Made by a program: the position numbers and the translations under genes. 64,000 nucleotides of DNA from an uncultured Nitrososphaeraceae archaeon (GTDB lineage: Archaea; Thermoproteota; Nitrososphaeria; Nitrososphaerales; Nitrososphaeraceae): assembly GCA_963729045.1 (NCBI GenBank), contig CAVSMN010000010.1, positions 64,001 through 128,000 on the forward strand, written 5' to 3'. A model generated the notes under the pieces. That model searched no databases. It had not been told where the DNA came from and was given only the letters and a program-made list of their open reading frames with translations. Below are positions 44,404-54,983 of the stretch, piece by piece. Positions within the stretch are counted from its first letter, which is position 1. Every line of letters begins with the position of its first letter.

Positions 44404-44691
44404 GGAACATATTTTTTACCTCAGGCATAATAGCAACAATAACAACAATCCATCACAGACAATACGCATAAAGGATTATTTTAAACCAATCCTTTCTTGT
44501 CGCAAGTTTTAAACAAATATAACATTACGCTAAGAAAATGCTTGGGAAATAAAGCGAGATGACATTTCTCCCCTCAAATAGACAGAACAAGTAGTAAACG
44601 CAAGTACCATTGAGATAGAAATAATGATTTGCCAGTATGGAAAAAGTTAAAAAAGGAATTAGATCCAAAAGCTTTTTTTCTGATCTAATAA

Positions 44692-44904
44692 TTATGCGGA
44701 GGCAGTAGTTACTGCAGGTTGACTATCAAAAAAGAGAGCCGACGAAGAAGATAAACATTCTCTCTCAGCACCATCGCCACTTTCAACTGCATTGACTTGT
44801 TGAATTGTAGAAGAAATATCGATTGTTCCCGGGGTTACTGCAACTATTGAGAACAATGCTACGGCTGCCAGAAGGCCAAGCCCCAAAATTTTTGGACTAT
44901 TCAT
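44692..44904 (-). CDS. Small secreted protein
   Basis: Hydrophobic N-terminus ending QVNA; TTTAAATA box upstream. Confidence 0.55.
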   Translation of the reverse strand: MNSPKILGLGLLAAVALFSIVAVTPGTIDISSTIQQVNAVESGDGAERECLSSSSALFFDSQPAVTTASA

Positions 44905-45104
44905 TATATAAATACACTCATGCCAATATTTAAAATTGATGGCAACTGAAATAGGGTCTCCGACCTACTTGGATGCTATAAATTTCTAAATAATTATTTT
45001 ATCTGATAAATGATAAATGATAAGTGGTATTATGACTCTTTGAGTTTCCTCACATAAGCAATATTTATTACAAATTATGACACCAAACATACAAAGTCCA
45101 GGGT

Positions 45105-45719
45105 TCATTCTAGCTGTTTTAGTCGGGAAATGAAATCGGATAGTCTGAAGGGCATGGTTAGAATATCCTCCTCATCTATCATTGCAGACCTTAAGACATT
45201 CTTTGGTAAGTATTCCACCGGAGTTGTTGTAACCATAAGTATTCTTTGGGTAGGTTTTATATCGTGTATCTTTTTTGCTAGGTCAAGGCCACCTAAACCT
45301 TTTAGGTGAGTATCCAATACGACCACGTCGTACGGTCTACCCTTGTTTTCATTCTCAAGAAAAACTTCAAGGGCCACCTCACCATCAGCGACTGTAGCCG
45401 ATTTTACTCCCAGAGTTTCCAGAAATGTCTTAAACAAGGATAGAATATCTGGTTCTGGTTCTGCAATTAAGATTTGGTCTGGTTCAAATTCTTTTGATAA
45501 GGAATTATTGGACTTACTATCTTCAACTTTGCTTGATGTTCTTTTGTATTCATTGGATAAGCTGGAATCTGCAACGGATGCAGCTGAACTATATGTTTTG
45601 TCTTTAAACCAAGTAATTTCAGCATAATCTTTATAAGGTTTGTCCACAGGTTTTTCAAATGGTTGTTCCTGTTCCCGTTGGATTTCAGATTCTTCAAAGT
45701 TCATAACCATTTCATTCAC
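45105..45719 (-). CDS. Atypical response regulator with acidic N-terminal extension
   Basis: ILIAEPE, VVLDTHL, GLDLAKKI, MVTT, TMPF. Confidence 0.8.
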   Translation of the reverse strand: MNEMVMNFEESEIQREQEQPFEKPVDKPYKDYAEITWFKDKTYSSAASVADSSLSNEYKRTSSKVEDSKSNNSLSKEFEPDQILIAEPEPDILSLFKTFLETLGVKSATVADGEVALEVFLENENKGRPYDVVVLDTHLKGLGGLDLAKKIHDIKPTQRILMVTTTPVEYLPKNVLRSAMIDEEDILTMPFRLSDFISRLKQLE

Positions 45720-46334
45720 CTTAGACTACAAAGATATAATCAACATAGCTTAAATACATCGTTTTAAGCCAAATCATCTAATTTGTTCTGATAGCATACT
45801 GCCAAGGGTGAGGATTACTTTTATGGTGGCATTGAATACCCATACCCAAATTTTTGACATACTTCAATACATCATAATCTTTCAAACCACACTTAGACAT
45901 AACATCAATCTTAAAATTGATAAAGCGAAATGAATAAGCATTTTAATACCTCAATTGAATAACACTAGCAAACTAATTTACCAAATCCTTCGGTGAAGAT
46001 TAGTTATATGACTTTAAATGCCCAAAGTTTACACCAACTTGATGGGTTTGCAATCAAAAAAAATAATAATTTGATTTACTACCGCATTCATACAAGTGAC
46101 CATTATTACAAAGACCTTATGAACTTAATTTCAGTCTTATTCTACACAAACAAACATGTGCTATGTTGCTCCAAACCTCAACTATCATGATAAAATTGAT
46201 CAAAATATAATGCTTGAATCAACATGAAGATACATTTTCCATTCTAGACAGATATTTCCCAGTTGGATAGATACAGAAATAACCACAAAATAAGATAAAT
46301 AATTATGTGTAGACCACCAAAATAATTTAGATCT

Positions 46335-46706
46335 GTGAATAAAGACTTAGAAATAACAAAAAGTATAATGACCCATATACATCTGATCTTAGGAAACGAA
46401 CCTAAGAAAAATCATACATTTAATTCCATACAGGAGTTATATGATAAAATAGATGCGAGACTTGAACCCAATGATACAACCAAAGGGACAAGTTATCATA
46501 GAAAGGAACTATTATATACATTTGACAAAAACATTGAATGGATGAAAGTTAGAAAAATAATTATTTTTGATCACGATAAGAAAAGTGGCATTCTAGGTAT
46601 TAAAATAGATAAAGAAAAGTTGGTGAAATACATTGTAGATCCTGAGACGCCTTTGATAGAAACAAATGAAGATAATGATAGACAAAATGGACAAAATATG
46701 GTATAG
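46335..46706 (+). CDS. Hypothetical protein
   Basis: 123-aa ORF. Confidence 0.5.
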   Translation: MNKDLEITKSIMTHIHLILGNEPKKNHTFNSIQELYDKIDARLEPNDTTKGTSYHRKELLYTFDKNIEWMKVRKIIIFDHDKKSGILGIKIDKEKLVKYIVDPETPLIETNEDNDRQNGQNMV

Positions 46707-46765
46707 TCATAATCATTACAAATGCAATATCATGAATTTGTTGATGCTTTACACCACAAAATGTA

Positions 46766-47608
46766 CTATCTTTTTGCAATGGTCAATAGGTAACCTAATC
46801 CTATACTATTGTCAAAGACATATGGATCTATTGCTTTCAAGAAATCATCTCTAAGTGAATCGGTTTCATAAGAATCACCACGTTTCTTTAATATTTGAAT
46901 AGTATTAATCAATGGTCCATATTTTGTACTCATAAATTCCCAAAAGTGATTTGGACTAAGAATTGGGAAAAGTACCGTTCCTCGTTCAAATTGCACTTTT
47001 GTTACTTCATTTAATCTTTTTTCTATTACTTCAGGAACACCCCACAGTATTGGGGAGGGCGAACTATTGACTGGTCTAGGTAAATGTTTCCCATTTACTT
47101 TAAATATTGATCCAATCGCAAGTTCGGGTGGCCAAGTTGCGAATCCTATTCTACCACCTTTCTTTGTTACTCGAATCATTTCTTTGGCAACGAGGTCTGC
47201 CTGAGGGGCAAACATATGTCCAAAGGTTGAAAGAACGACATCAAAGGATTCGTCCTCAAATGGTAGATTCTGGGCATCACCCTCTTTCCAAGTTATCCCG
47301 TCGACCTGTGCTATTTTCGCTTCTTCTGCGGCGAGATCTAAAAGTTCAGTCGTTATATCAATTCCGGTTACATTTGCACCCATTCTCCGGGCCGTAATTG
47401 CAGTGTTACCATTTCCGCATGCGATATCAAGAACATCCTCTCCAGATCGAATATTTATTGATCTCACCAGGTGAGAGGAAATTGAAGGAAGCATTGTAGA
47501 AATAGTACGGTAATCACCTAGTTTCCATACATTCTCTGTTTTGGTTTTTTTCAAACTTTCTTTGTCACTTGCTTCATTCTCTTTATTTGATAGATTTAGT
47601 TGACTCAT
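46766..47608 (-). CDS. Class I SAM-dependent methyltransferase (UbiE-like), paralog A
   Basis: VLDIACGNG, GIDIT, GDAQNLPFEDESFDVV, KKGG. Confidence 0.92.
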   Translation of the reverse strand: MSQLNLSNKENEASDKESLKKTKTENVWKLGDYRTISTMLPSISSHLVRSINIRSGEDVLDIACGNGNTAITARRMGANVTGIDITTELLDLAAEEAKIAQVDGITWKEGDAQNLPFEDESFDVVLSTFGHMFAPQADLVAKEMIRVTKKGGRIGFATWPPELAIGSIFKVNGKHLPRPVNSSPSPILWGVPEVIEKRLNEVTKVQFERGTVLFPILSPNHFWEFMSTKYGPLINTIQILKKRGDSYETDSLRDDFLKAIDPYVFDNSIGLGYLLTIAKR

Positions 47609-47611
47609 ATT

Positions 47612-47667
47612 GTGATATCACGATATCACTTTATAAATAGTTTTCTATTGATGATATCTAGATATCA
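47612..47667. promoter_or_regulatory. Two palindromic operators TGATATC-N2-GATATCA flanking a TATA box in a divergent promoter
   Basis: GTGATATC-AC-GATATCAC at 47612-47629; TTTATAAA at 47630-47637; TGATATC-TA-GATATCA at 47652-47667. Confidence 0.75.
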
Positions 47668-47702
47668 GAACTTATATTGCTCTGGAGGCATCATAATAGG
47701 AT

Positions 47703-48362
47703 ATGGCTCGTAACATGATAATCCGAGGCTTCGACGATGAGATTCATTCTCAACTGGGCGATCAATCAAAAAAGAAGGGTGTTTCCATAAATTCAATTGT
47801 AAAGGACGCCGTAGATCAATGGCTAAAAAAACAGGACGAAATCCCAAAACGACATCATTTACTTCTATATGATAATACAGAGTCTGTTATCCGAATGATC
47901 AAGTCATTAGATAAATTGGCCAAGGAAGGTGAATGGTTTAGATGTTTCGTCTCTTCATCAAATTCTTCACTTACCGAGGTGTTAGAAAAACTAGACTGGT
48001 TTGACGGGACAATAACACCGTACAAGTCGTCCCAAAAAGATCCCCTGAAACACATTAAAGACATATTGCAAAACATTTCCCAGAATTCTAATAATAAAGA
48101 AATATGTTTGCTTGATTTCCTCATTAATGATATTGCAGACTCGTCAGTCAACGAAGCATGTTATCTTGAAAAAGAATATGACAAGAATAGATTAGAGGGT
48201 CTGGTATTTTGTGCGTATGAGTTAAATAATCTATTTAAAGCTTCTACAACAGAAATGATAGAAATGTTCGAGTTACATGATCAGGTATTTATCCTCAATA
48301 ATGATCAAATTTACAAAATGCATTTGACCAAAGAAAATATGCATAAACTTTTCTTGAGTTAG
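47703..48362 (+). CDS. RHH transcriptional regulator with MEDS-like C-terminal domain
   Basis: NMIIRGFDDEIHSQL...GVSINSIVKDAV is RHH; HHLLLYD...VFCAY...LHDQVF is MEDS-like. Confidence 0.75.
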   Translation: MARNMIIRGFDDEIHSQLGDQSKKKGVSINSIVKDAVDQWLKKQDEIPKRHHLLLYDNTESVIRMIKSLDKLAKEGEWFRCFVSSSNSSLTEVLEKLDWFDGTITPYKSSQKDPLKHIKDILQNISQNSNNKEICLLDFLINDIADSSVNEACYLEKEYDKNRLEGLVFCAYELNNLFKASTTEMIEMFELHDQVFILNNDQIYKMHLTKENMHKLFLS

Positions 48363-48615
48363 TAATATACACGAATAAGAATTAAACGTTCCTTATTATC
48401 GATCCGATATGAATGAAAAAGAAGTTAGCGCAGAAATCAAATATAAAACATTAAGGTGTAATCGATAATTAAAATTATCATATTTGATCTAAACATTTTA
48501 GAATACCATTATTTAGAAATAGTAAACCATTATTGTTGGAATGTTAATTCAATACAAATATCAAAGATCAGAAAATTCAATGATTTTTAATAGATGGTAA
48601 AAGCAAAAAAAAGAT

Positions 48616-48882
48616 TTATTGTTGGCCTAATGCCAAATCGCCTAATTGTTCTTGCAATTGTATTCCTACATTGTTACATGATGCGAAGGTGATTTCACCA
48701 GATACACATTGTGCATTCTGTTCGTTTGATTGTCCTTGTTCGATTCCCTGCTCTGCTTCGTTATGTTTACCTGTTGCAAAGGCCATGTTATCACCAAAGG
48801 CTACGACTGAACCAACGAGAGCTGCAGCGATAAACATCATTGCAAATATTCCAATCTTACTAGTTTTTGTTATGTTACTCAT
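48616..48882 (-). CDS. Secreted Gln-rich small protein (family member 2)
   Basis: Signal ending AFA; NEAEQGIEQGQSNEQNAQCVSGEITFASCNNVGIQLQEQLGDLALGQQ. Confidence 0.75.
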   Translation of the reverse strand: MSNITKTSKIGIFAMMFIAAALVGSVVAFGDNMAFATGKHNEAEQGIEQGQSNEQNAQCVSGEITFASCNNVGIQLQEQLGDLALGQQ

Positions 48883-49163
48883 TATAATCATAATGTATAG
48901 ATGAAATTTATTATATCATAGTTTGGATACTCATTCCTGTCATATTTCTATAAAATACTTAACCAGTAAAATATTCTGATATATAATTTTGTGAAAATAT
49001 ACGGACGATAATGCAACATAGATACATCGAATAGTCACACTCTATCAAATCAGCATACCAAAGAAAAGTAAATTGAAGAACTCCAATTTAGGTTTCATTA
49101 CTGCTAATTTGAGACTGCCTCAGGCTAGTTTTATAAATTATGATCGCAATACTATATCATATA

Positions 49164-49403
49164 ATGGAATTAACGAAAGTCGAGAGAGAAAATAAAGTGT
49201 ATGTAAATGATAAAGCAATAGTTCTGGACAAGAATACCATTACTGCATCTGAATTATTGGAATTAGCTGGATTTTCATCTCTAGCGTACAATATCTACCT
49301 AGTTCTAGATAGAAAGAGGAAGAAGATCAAATTGTTGGGCGAAAATAAGAAAATTAAGATTGAAACAGGAATGCGTTTTGATGCAGCCTTAAAACAGAAT
49401 TAG
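49164..49403 (+). CDS. Multi-ubiquitin-type beta-grasp domain protein
   Basis: VYVNDK...TITASELLELAG...YNIYLV...IKIETGMRF pattern. Confidence 0.65.
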   Translation: MELTKVERENKVYVNDKAIVLDKNTITASELLELAGFSSLAYNIYLVLDRKRKKIKLLGENKKIKIETGMRFDAALKQN

Positions 49404-49487
49404 TTATGGCAATCATGATAAGATGAGAACATGCTTTAGTTCCAGTATTTTTTCTATTCAAGTTATATAAGAAAAATTAGATTATAA

Positions 49488-50300
49488 TTATACCTTTGTT
49501 GCTATAGTCAGCAAATAACCTAATCGCACTATATTATCATGTATGTATGGTTCCAAGGTTTTAAGATAGTCTTGTCTAATCAATTCTATTTTTTCTATTT
49601 TATTCTCCTTCTCAAGTCCCCGAATTAATTGAATCATTGATCCTGATTTTGTTGCCATCTCCTGCCAATAGTGATTTGGACTAAGGATAGGATATTCAAT
49701 GGTATCCCTTTCAAAAAATATATCCTTAACGTCGAATAATAGTTCTTGGATGTTGCTTGGGATTCCCCACTGCATAGGGGACAGAGGAGGTGCTAGTGAT
49801 TGGTTGTTTTGAACGGTGGGTAAATACTTTGAGATCGTTGCATACATTCTTCCCCATGCAAGTTCTGGAGACCAGGTAGCAAATCCCATGCGTCCACCTT
49901 CCTTGAGAACCCTTTGCATCTCATTTGCCGTTGCTTTTTGATTTAATGCAAACATGTGACCAAATGTTGATAATACAATATCAAATGATTCATCTTCAAA
50001 TGGAAGGCTTTCAACGTTACCCTCTCTCCATTCAATCCCGCTGACTTTTGCTATAGACTCCTCCTCTTTTGCTTGTGTTAAAAGTTCAGGTGTAATGTCT
50101 ATGCCTGTCACCTTTGCACCGGCTCTGCGTGCAGTTATTGCAGTGTTACCAAATCCGCACGCCACATCTAAAACAGAATCTACAGGTTTAACATTAACAA
50201 GTCTTACTAGCTTAGCAGAGACTGGAGAAATTACCTTGCCAATACTTCTATAATCACCTAAGGTCCATCTTTCTCTGATGCTCTGGTCTGAATTATTCAA
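49488..50300 (-). CDS. Class I SAM-dependent methyltransferase, paralog B
   Basis: VLDVACGFGNTAITARR, LPFEDESFDIVLSTFGHMFA; colinear with paralog A. Confidence 0.92.
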   Translation of the reverse strand: MNNSDQSIRERWTLGDYRSIGKVISPVSAKLVRLVNVKPVDSVLDVACGFGNTAITARRAGAKVTGIDITPELLTQAKEEESIAKVSGIEWREGNVESLPFEDESFDIVLSTFGHMFALNQKATANEMQRVLKEGGRMGFATWSPELAWGRMYATISKYLPTVQNNQSLAPPLSPMQWGIPSNIQELLFDVKDIFFERDTIEYPILSPNHYWQEMATKSGSMIQLIRGLEKENKIEKIELIRQDYLKTLEPYIHDNIVRLGYLLTIATKV

Positions 50301-50371
50301 TCTAAAACCATACCTCAGTTTAGTCTGATAAACTTTAATATTGTATTTATGACGATATATAGTAAGAGAGT

Positions 50372-51569
50372 CTATACCATATATTCGTGATTTAATTTTC
50401 CATTGCTATCTACAATTACATCATGGTTATGAATGAGTCTTGAAAGGAATGCATTAAATGGATATTGATCAAGTAATGACTTTGGGTATGGGACATACAT
50501 AGGAACCGTCAAAAGGTTTTTCGTGCCACCAGTTCTCCAGATTTATGCATTCCTCAAAATGCTTGTTCTTAAGCAGCAATGTAGCACAATCTGCGGTTAA
50601 ACGTATATGCTTATCTTTTCTGTTTGTGTCTTTATTGGCCTTAAAAATCATTTCTTCTTTTAATTTATTAAAAGATTCTAAATGTCCTACCATCGCATTA
50701 ACATAATAGGGTACCAAGTCAACAACAATCAGATTTCCTTTTTCTAGGTTTTCTTGATAATTTGTGATCTGTGATGAAAAGTTTTTTAAATAGCCTTCAT
50801 TTGCTAAACTAACAGAGGCATGAACGCATATCTGACCTCGCTTTAAGCCTTCATTAATATATGCCGAAATTGCCTTGTCTAAATCATCTTGTTTATCATA
50901 CAAAAGTATGACATGCATGTTGGTACTAGGAGTAATCAAAGCATCGTAGTTCATTTCATTTATTAGAGTATGATTCTTTACTAATGTCCTAAATGCTTCT
51001 GGACTTATCTCTTGCATCAACCCTATTTCATAAGCACACAAAGTATTTGCTGGACGGGAAGCACCTTCTTGTGTTAATTCATAATTGAGCAACGCATCGT
51101 AATATTTCCTCTCAAAAAATGGTTTCATATCGTAAAAAGCTCGAAATATTTTTTTGCCTTCCTTTGGTAAAATAAAATGATTACACTCACTATTATCTTT
51201 ATTCTCAATTTTAGTATCTTTGTGAATCGGGGAAAGACTTTTACTCACTGTTATTCCTCCAGAGGACGACACCCTACCCATTTCTAACATGTCGTCAGAA
51301 AAATACCACTGGGTACTCGACAAGATAGTAATTGTCCCATCATTTACTAAGGTAGAGATATTGAATCGATATTGACAAATCTTTTTTAGTCTTTCTATAA
51401 TTTCTTCTTTAGGAAGATCATCTGTTACAAACAAAACAGATTCATCATTTTCCAAACCCTCAATCAAATATTTAAAACCAGCATCTAATTTCTCTTGACT
51501 ATTAGAATAAATGGAAAATGTATGTGAGATAATATCACTCTTTTTGGGTTTATATACATTAATTGTCAA
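50372..51569 (-). CDS. Tandem MEDS-domain sensory protein; +1 frameshift near 50491
   Basis: HTFSIY...YLIEGL...LCAY and HVILLY...YINEGL...LENWWH...YVCP; shifted frame YPKSLLDQYPF...HNHDVIVD...EYMV*. Confidence 0.82.
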
Positions 51570-51682
51570 GATTATACACTATTCTATTATGATCATGAAG
51601 TATATGAGTATTATTAAGAATAAAAAAATTAGATTCGAGAATGCTAGAAAAACTAAGTGACCTAGCATACCCTTAACTATGT

Positions 51683-52504
51683 TTACTTTTCAATACTCGC
51701 GTTATTATACGCCTTCGCCAGAGCTTGACTATTCAAAAGATCCCCTTGATTTAGATTTTGACTTGGATTTCCAATAGTTGAAGGAAGACTGGTAACCTGT
51801 GTTTGGTTCGTTATTATGCTACCAAAAGGAACAAGCGTATTGTCTGGAATTTCAACTCCTATCACAATGCTGCCAAGCCTTATGACAACATTATTACCTA
51901 TTTTTGAATCAAGTACTGCACTTTTTACACCTACTATGGTGTTATTTCCAATCCAAACAGGTCCGTGGACTATTGAATCATGTGCTAGACTCACATTGCC
52001 ACTGATGAAAATAGCATATCCCTGATCGAACCTCGTATCATTCCCCAGTAATCGTTCCCCATTCTGAGAGAACCTTTTGTTATCATTATTTACGCCATCT
52101 TTAACAGCATCAATGGCATGTAGTATGACCCCATCTTGTACGTTAGAATAATCTCCGACATGAATTGGAACACCTTCATCGGCCCTGCAAACTGCCGTTG
52201 GAGCCATTAATACTTCCTTACCTATAAAACAATCACCTATGACAACTGCAAAAGGATGTATAAAAGCTGAATCATCTATTTTAGGAGAGGAAACATTTGA
52301 AACTACAAATGTTTTTACATTAGACATTATGTTTGGCCATTGGTTTGTTGCTCTCGTGTCATTAGTTTCTTTACCTATTGCTAGTGGTCCCTGATGACCA
52401 ACAAAGACAACTATCCCCATTACTATTAGCAAGGTCATGACTGTTACCCGTATAGTAATATTCTTGTTTGTATTAATTCTCATTAGATCAATTGTATGTT
52501 TCAA
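51683..52504 (-). CDS. cam: Secreted gamma-class carbonic anhydrase (Cam type)
   Basis: N-terminal hydrophobic segment; hexapeptide repeats; CRADEG, SNVQDGVILHA, SLAHDSIVHGP Zn ligands. Confidence 0.92.
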   Translation of the reverse strand: MKHTIDLMRINTNKNITIRVTVMTLLIVMGIVVFVGHQGPLAIGKETNDTRATNQWPNIMSNVKTFVVSNVSSPKIDDSAFIHPFAVVIGDCFIGKEVLMAPTAVCRADEGVPIHVGDYSNVQDGVILHAIDAVKDGVNNDNKRFSQNGERLLGNDTRFDQGYAIFISGNVSLAHDSIVHGPVWIGNNTIVGVKSAVLDSKIGNNVVIRLGSIVIGVEIPDNTLVPFGSIITNQTQVTSLPSTIGNPSQNLNQGDLLNSQALAKAYNNASIEK

Positions 52505-52848
52505 ATGTATATAAACAAATGAGTTTTGACGGATTATTGATTAAATAATACATTTCCGTTTTTAGAATTGTTCGCCTCACCCTTTTTCATTCTCATAATC
52601 TGGATCCTTAAAAAATAGGAAAAGTCTTTTTTATTGGTATGGTAATCAAAGTAAAAATTCCTATATAAAAAATTACATGCAGAATTTGAACCAAAATTAT
52701 CAAATAATCAGGAAATAGGATATCTTGATCGATCATAATACTACTGGCGATCTAGTTATCTATGATGATCAAAATGATAAATTATTAGTCTCAATCAATA
52801 CTACCTTTTATTCAAAATCGATATTAGATTCATTATGTCCAAAATCTT

Positions 52849-53413
52849 ATGAAAATACAAAAAGGATTTATTGCATTATGCATCTTGGTCTCCTCCGTAT
52901 TTGTGATTGCGAATGAGTTGAGTCCAGTTGAACTGATTTTTGCTCAGAATGAAGATAACAATGTAATTGGACAAGAAGGGGATGGAAATGACGCATCTCA
53001 AAGTGAAGAAGATTCTCAAGAAACAGATCAAAATAGTCAATGTGTTTCTGGAGACAGTAATTTCTTTGGTTGTAACGATGGGAGTTCAAACAGTATCGAT
53101 ACAAATGAACAAGGAACACCGGGAATGGGATTTCCAGTAATCATCAGTAATGACAATATTTATGTTCGGGATGGAAATCGAGATACTGCTACTGGTCCTG
53201 ATACAGCCCTTTCAACCGTAGCATGTGATGCCGGGGATGCTTTGATAAGTGGAACCTCTAATTATGAACTATCGGATGGATCGGCATTGGCATCTGATAA
53301 ATCATTTTCTAAGACATCTTGGATTTTCTTGGAATGTTCAAGGTACAGCTCAGGATAACGGAGAGATCACTGTTACTGCTAAGATTTTATGCTATAACAA
53401 TCCCTCCCCATAA
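52849..53413 (+). CDS. Secreted protein with curlin-like/QCVSG module and C-terminal Cys-bracketed domain (family member 3); frameshift near 53315
   Basis: Signal ending IFA-Q; NNVIGQEGDGNDASQS...QNSQCVSGDSNFFGCN; VACDAGDALISG; shifted frame SWNVQGTAQDNGEITVTAKILCYNNPSP*. Confidence 0.7.
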
Positions 53414-53919
53414 TTTTATCTTTTTTAGTAAATGACTTTTTTGGTGATTTCTTTATGAATAGTCCCTAAGGAAGAAATTCTTGAATTGTGACAAAGGAAT
53501 CTTCTATTACCAATTGACAATCTAACACATAATACCAATCAACTAATAGTAATTTATTAACAGATCTAAAATATTCTATTTTCATTAGTAAGTTTAAAAT
53601 TCACTCTTTATGTTTAAGATCATTTCAAAACATCATCACCATCTGATGGATACGCATATAATGATTCTAGCGTCAAATATAAGCAACATATATAAATATC
53701 AAATTTGGGTGTCACCTTTTTTTTGAAATAATACTCAATTTTTTTAAAGTAATTATAGTTTTTAGTACATGGAAGCCAGTAAATTAATCATTTATAGGTC
53801 AATTAATGATATTTAGTGTGATTTTTTTTTGAATTCTTCTTAATTATTGTATATTAACGGCTAGAACAATGTTGTCTTAAATGAAAATACTTATTTACCT
53901 AGGACTTGGATAAACCGTG

Positions 53920-54290
53920 ATGAACAAAATTAGAAATTTAAGCATCTTTATTGTAGCATTTTCTGTACTGATGATTGGCGCATCAGCAGCATCTACCATA
54001 GGTTCAATTAGTCCAGTATTTGCTAGTACAGACAATTCTAACAATGATGATCAATCTAACAATGATGATCAATCTAACATGATGATCAATCTAACATGAT
54101 GATCAATCTAACAATGATCAATCTAGTTCAAGTCAAACAGCTAATGAACAACCATCTTTAGAAACTGTAGACACTCATTTGGAAAGTTGTATTCAACAGA
54201 TAGCAAAATGATAACACTGATGAGGCCTTAAATGATTGTCAAAATGCTGATGATGAGTTAGACAGATTATTAGCTAATGCAACTGGATGA
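53920..54290 (+). CDS. Secreted acidic protein with SNNDDQ repeats, frame broken inside the repeat
   Basis: Signal ending VFA; post-repeat frame SSSSQTANEQPSLETVDTHLESCIQQ then NDNTDEALNDCQNADDELDRLLANATG*. Confidence 0.6.
54037..54121 (+). repeat. Tandem repeat TCTAACAATGATGATCAA, five units of 18, 18, 17, 17 and 15 nt
   Basis: Read directly from the sequence. Confidence 0.9.
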
Positions 54291-54699
54291 TGATGTATAA
54301 GGTTCGAAATATAACAAATTCGTCTTAACTGAATGAAATCAACTACAACACATTCCTTAATTTTTTTTATTACCAATCAGAGTTTATGATTATTAAAATT
54401 TATAAAATGCCTGCATACCTACTAAACTAGAAATATTAAGGTAACACTATTAGATTTGATCAAAAATGGTACTTTATTACAAGGGAACGATAATGATCCA
54501 AATGATACTTTTTTCCAGTAATCAATCTATAATTGAAACCTTAAATTCTGACAAAGTGTCGAATAACTCGACAGATTTGTTTGAATCTGAATTAATTTTC
54601 ATAAGCATAGAAACAAAGTTATCCTATAGGAAAAATTCGAAGTCAAATAATTGATAAAGTACAAATATTAAATTGAATTTGGATAAACACTTAAGTTTC

Positions 54700-54983
54700 G
54701 TTTGAGTCAAATTATTATTGTGATTCCTTCAAACTTTGTATTTTTATTGGTAACATTGATCCCAATGTTCCACAATGATTTCCAGTAACGGAAAATCGAC
54801 AGACAATTTTGTTTTTTTCCTTTAGAATATTTAGGATTAATATTTGTGACCTGGAAAATACAGACCAAATGCTTGATAAAAATTCCTTAAACTTTCAATT
54901 CCAGGTCTAACTCCTGGAAATCCTTGTGCATCGATTTTTTGATTATATGTTTGCATATAACCGTCGAGACCTTGAGCATTCAT
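54700..54983 (-). pseudogene. SnoaL-like ester cyclase pseudogene
   Basis: NAQGLDGYMQTY...GFPGVRPGIESLRNFYQAFGLYFPG, then EKNKIVCRFSVTGNHCG, then TNKNTKFEGITII, interrupted by stops and frameshifts. Confidence 0.65.

Noticed and set aside
54037..54121. Repeat array considered as CRISPR
   Set aside because: Units are contiguous with no spacers, encode SNNDDQ, and no cas genes are present
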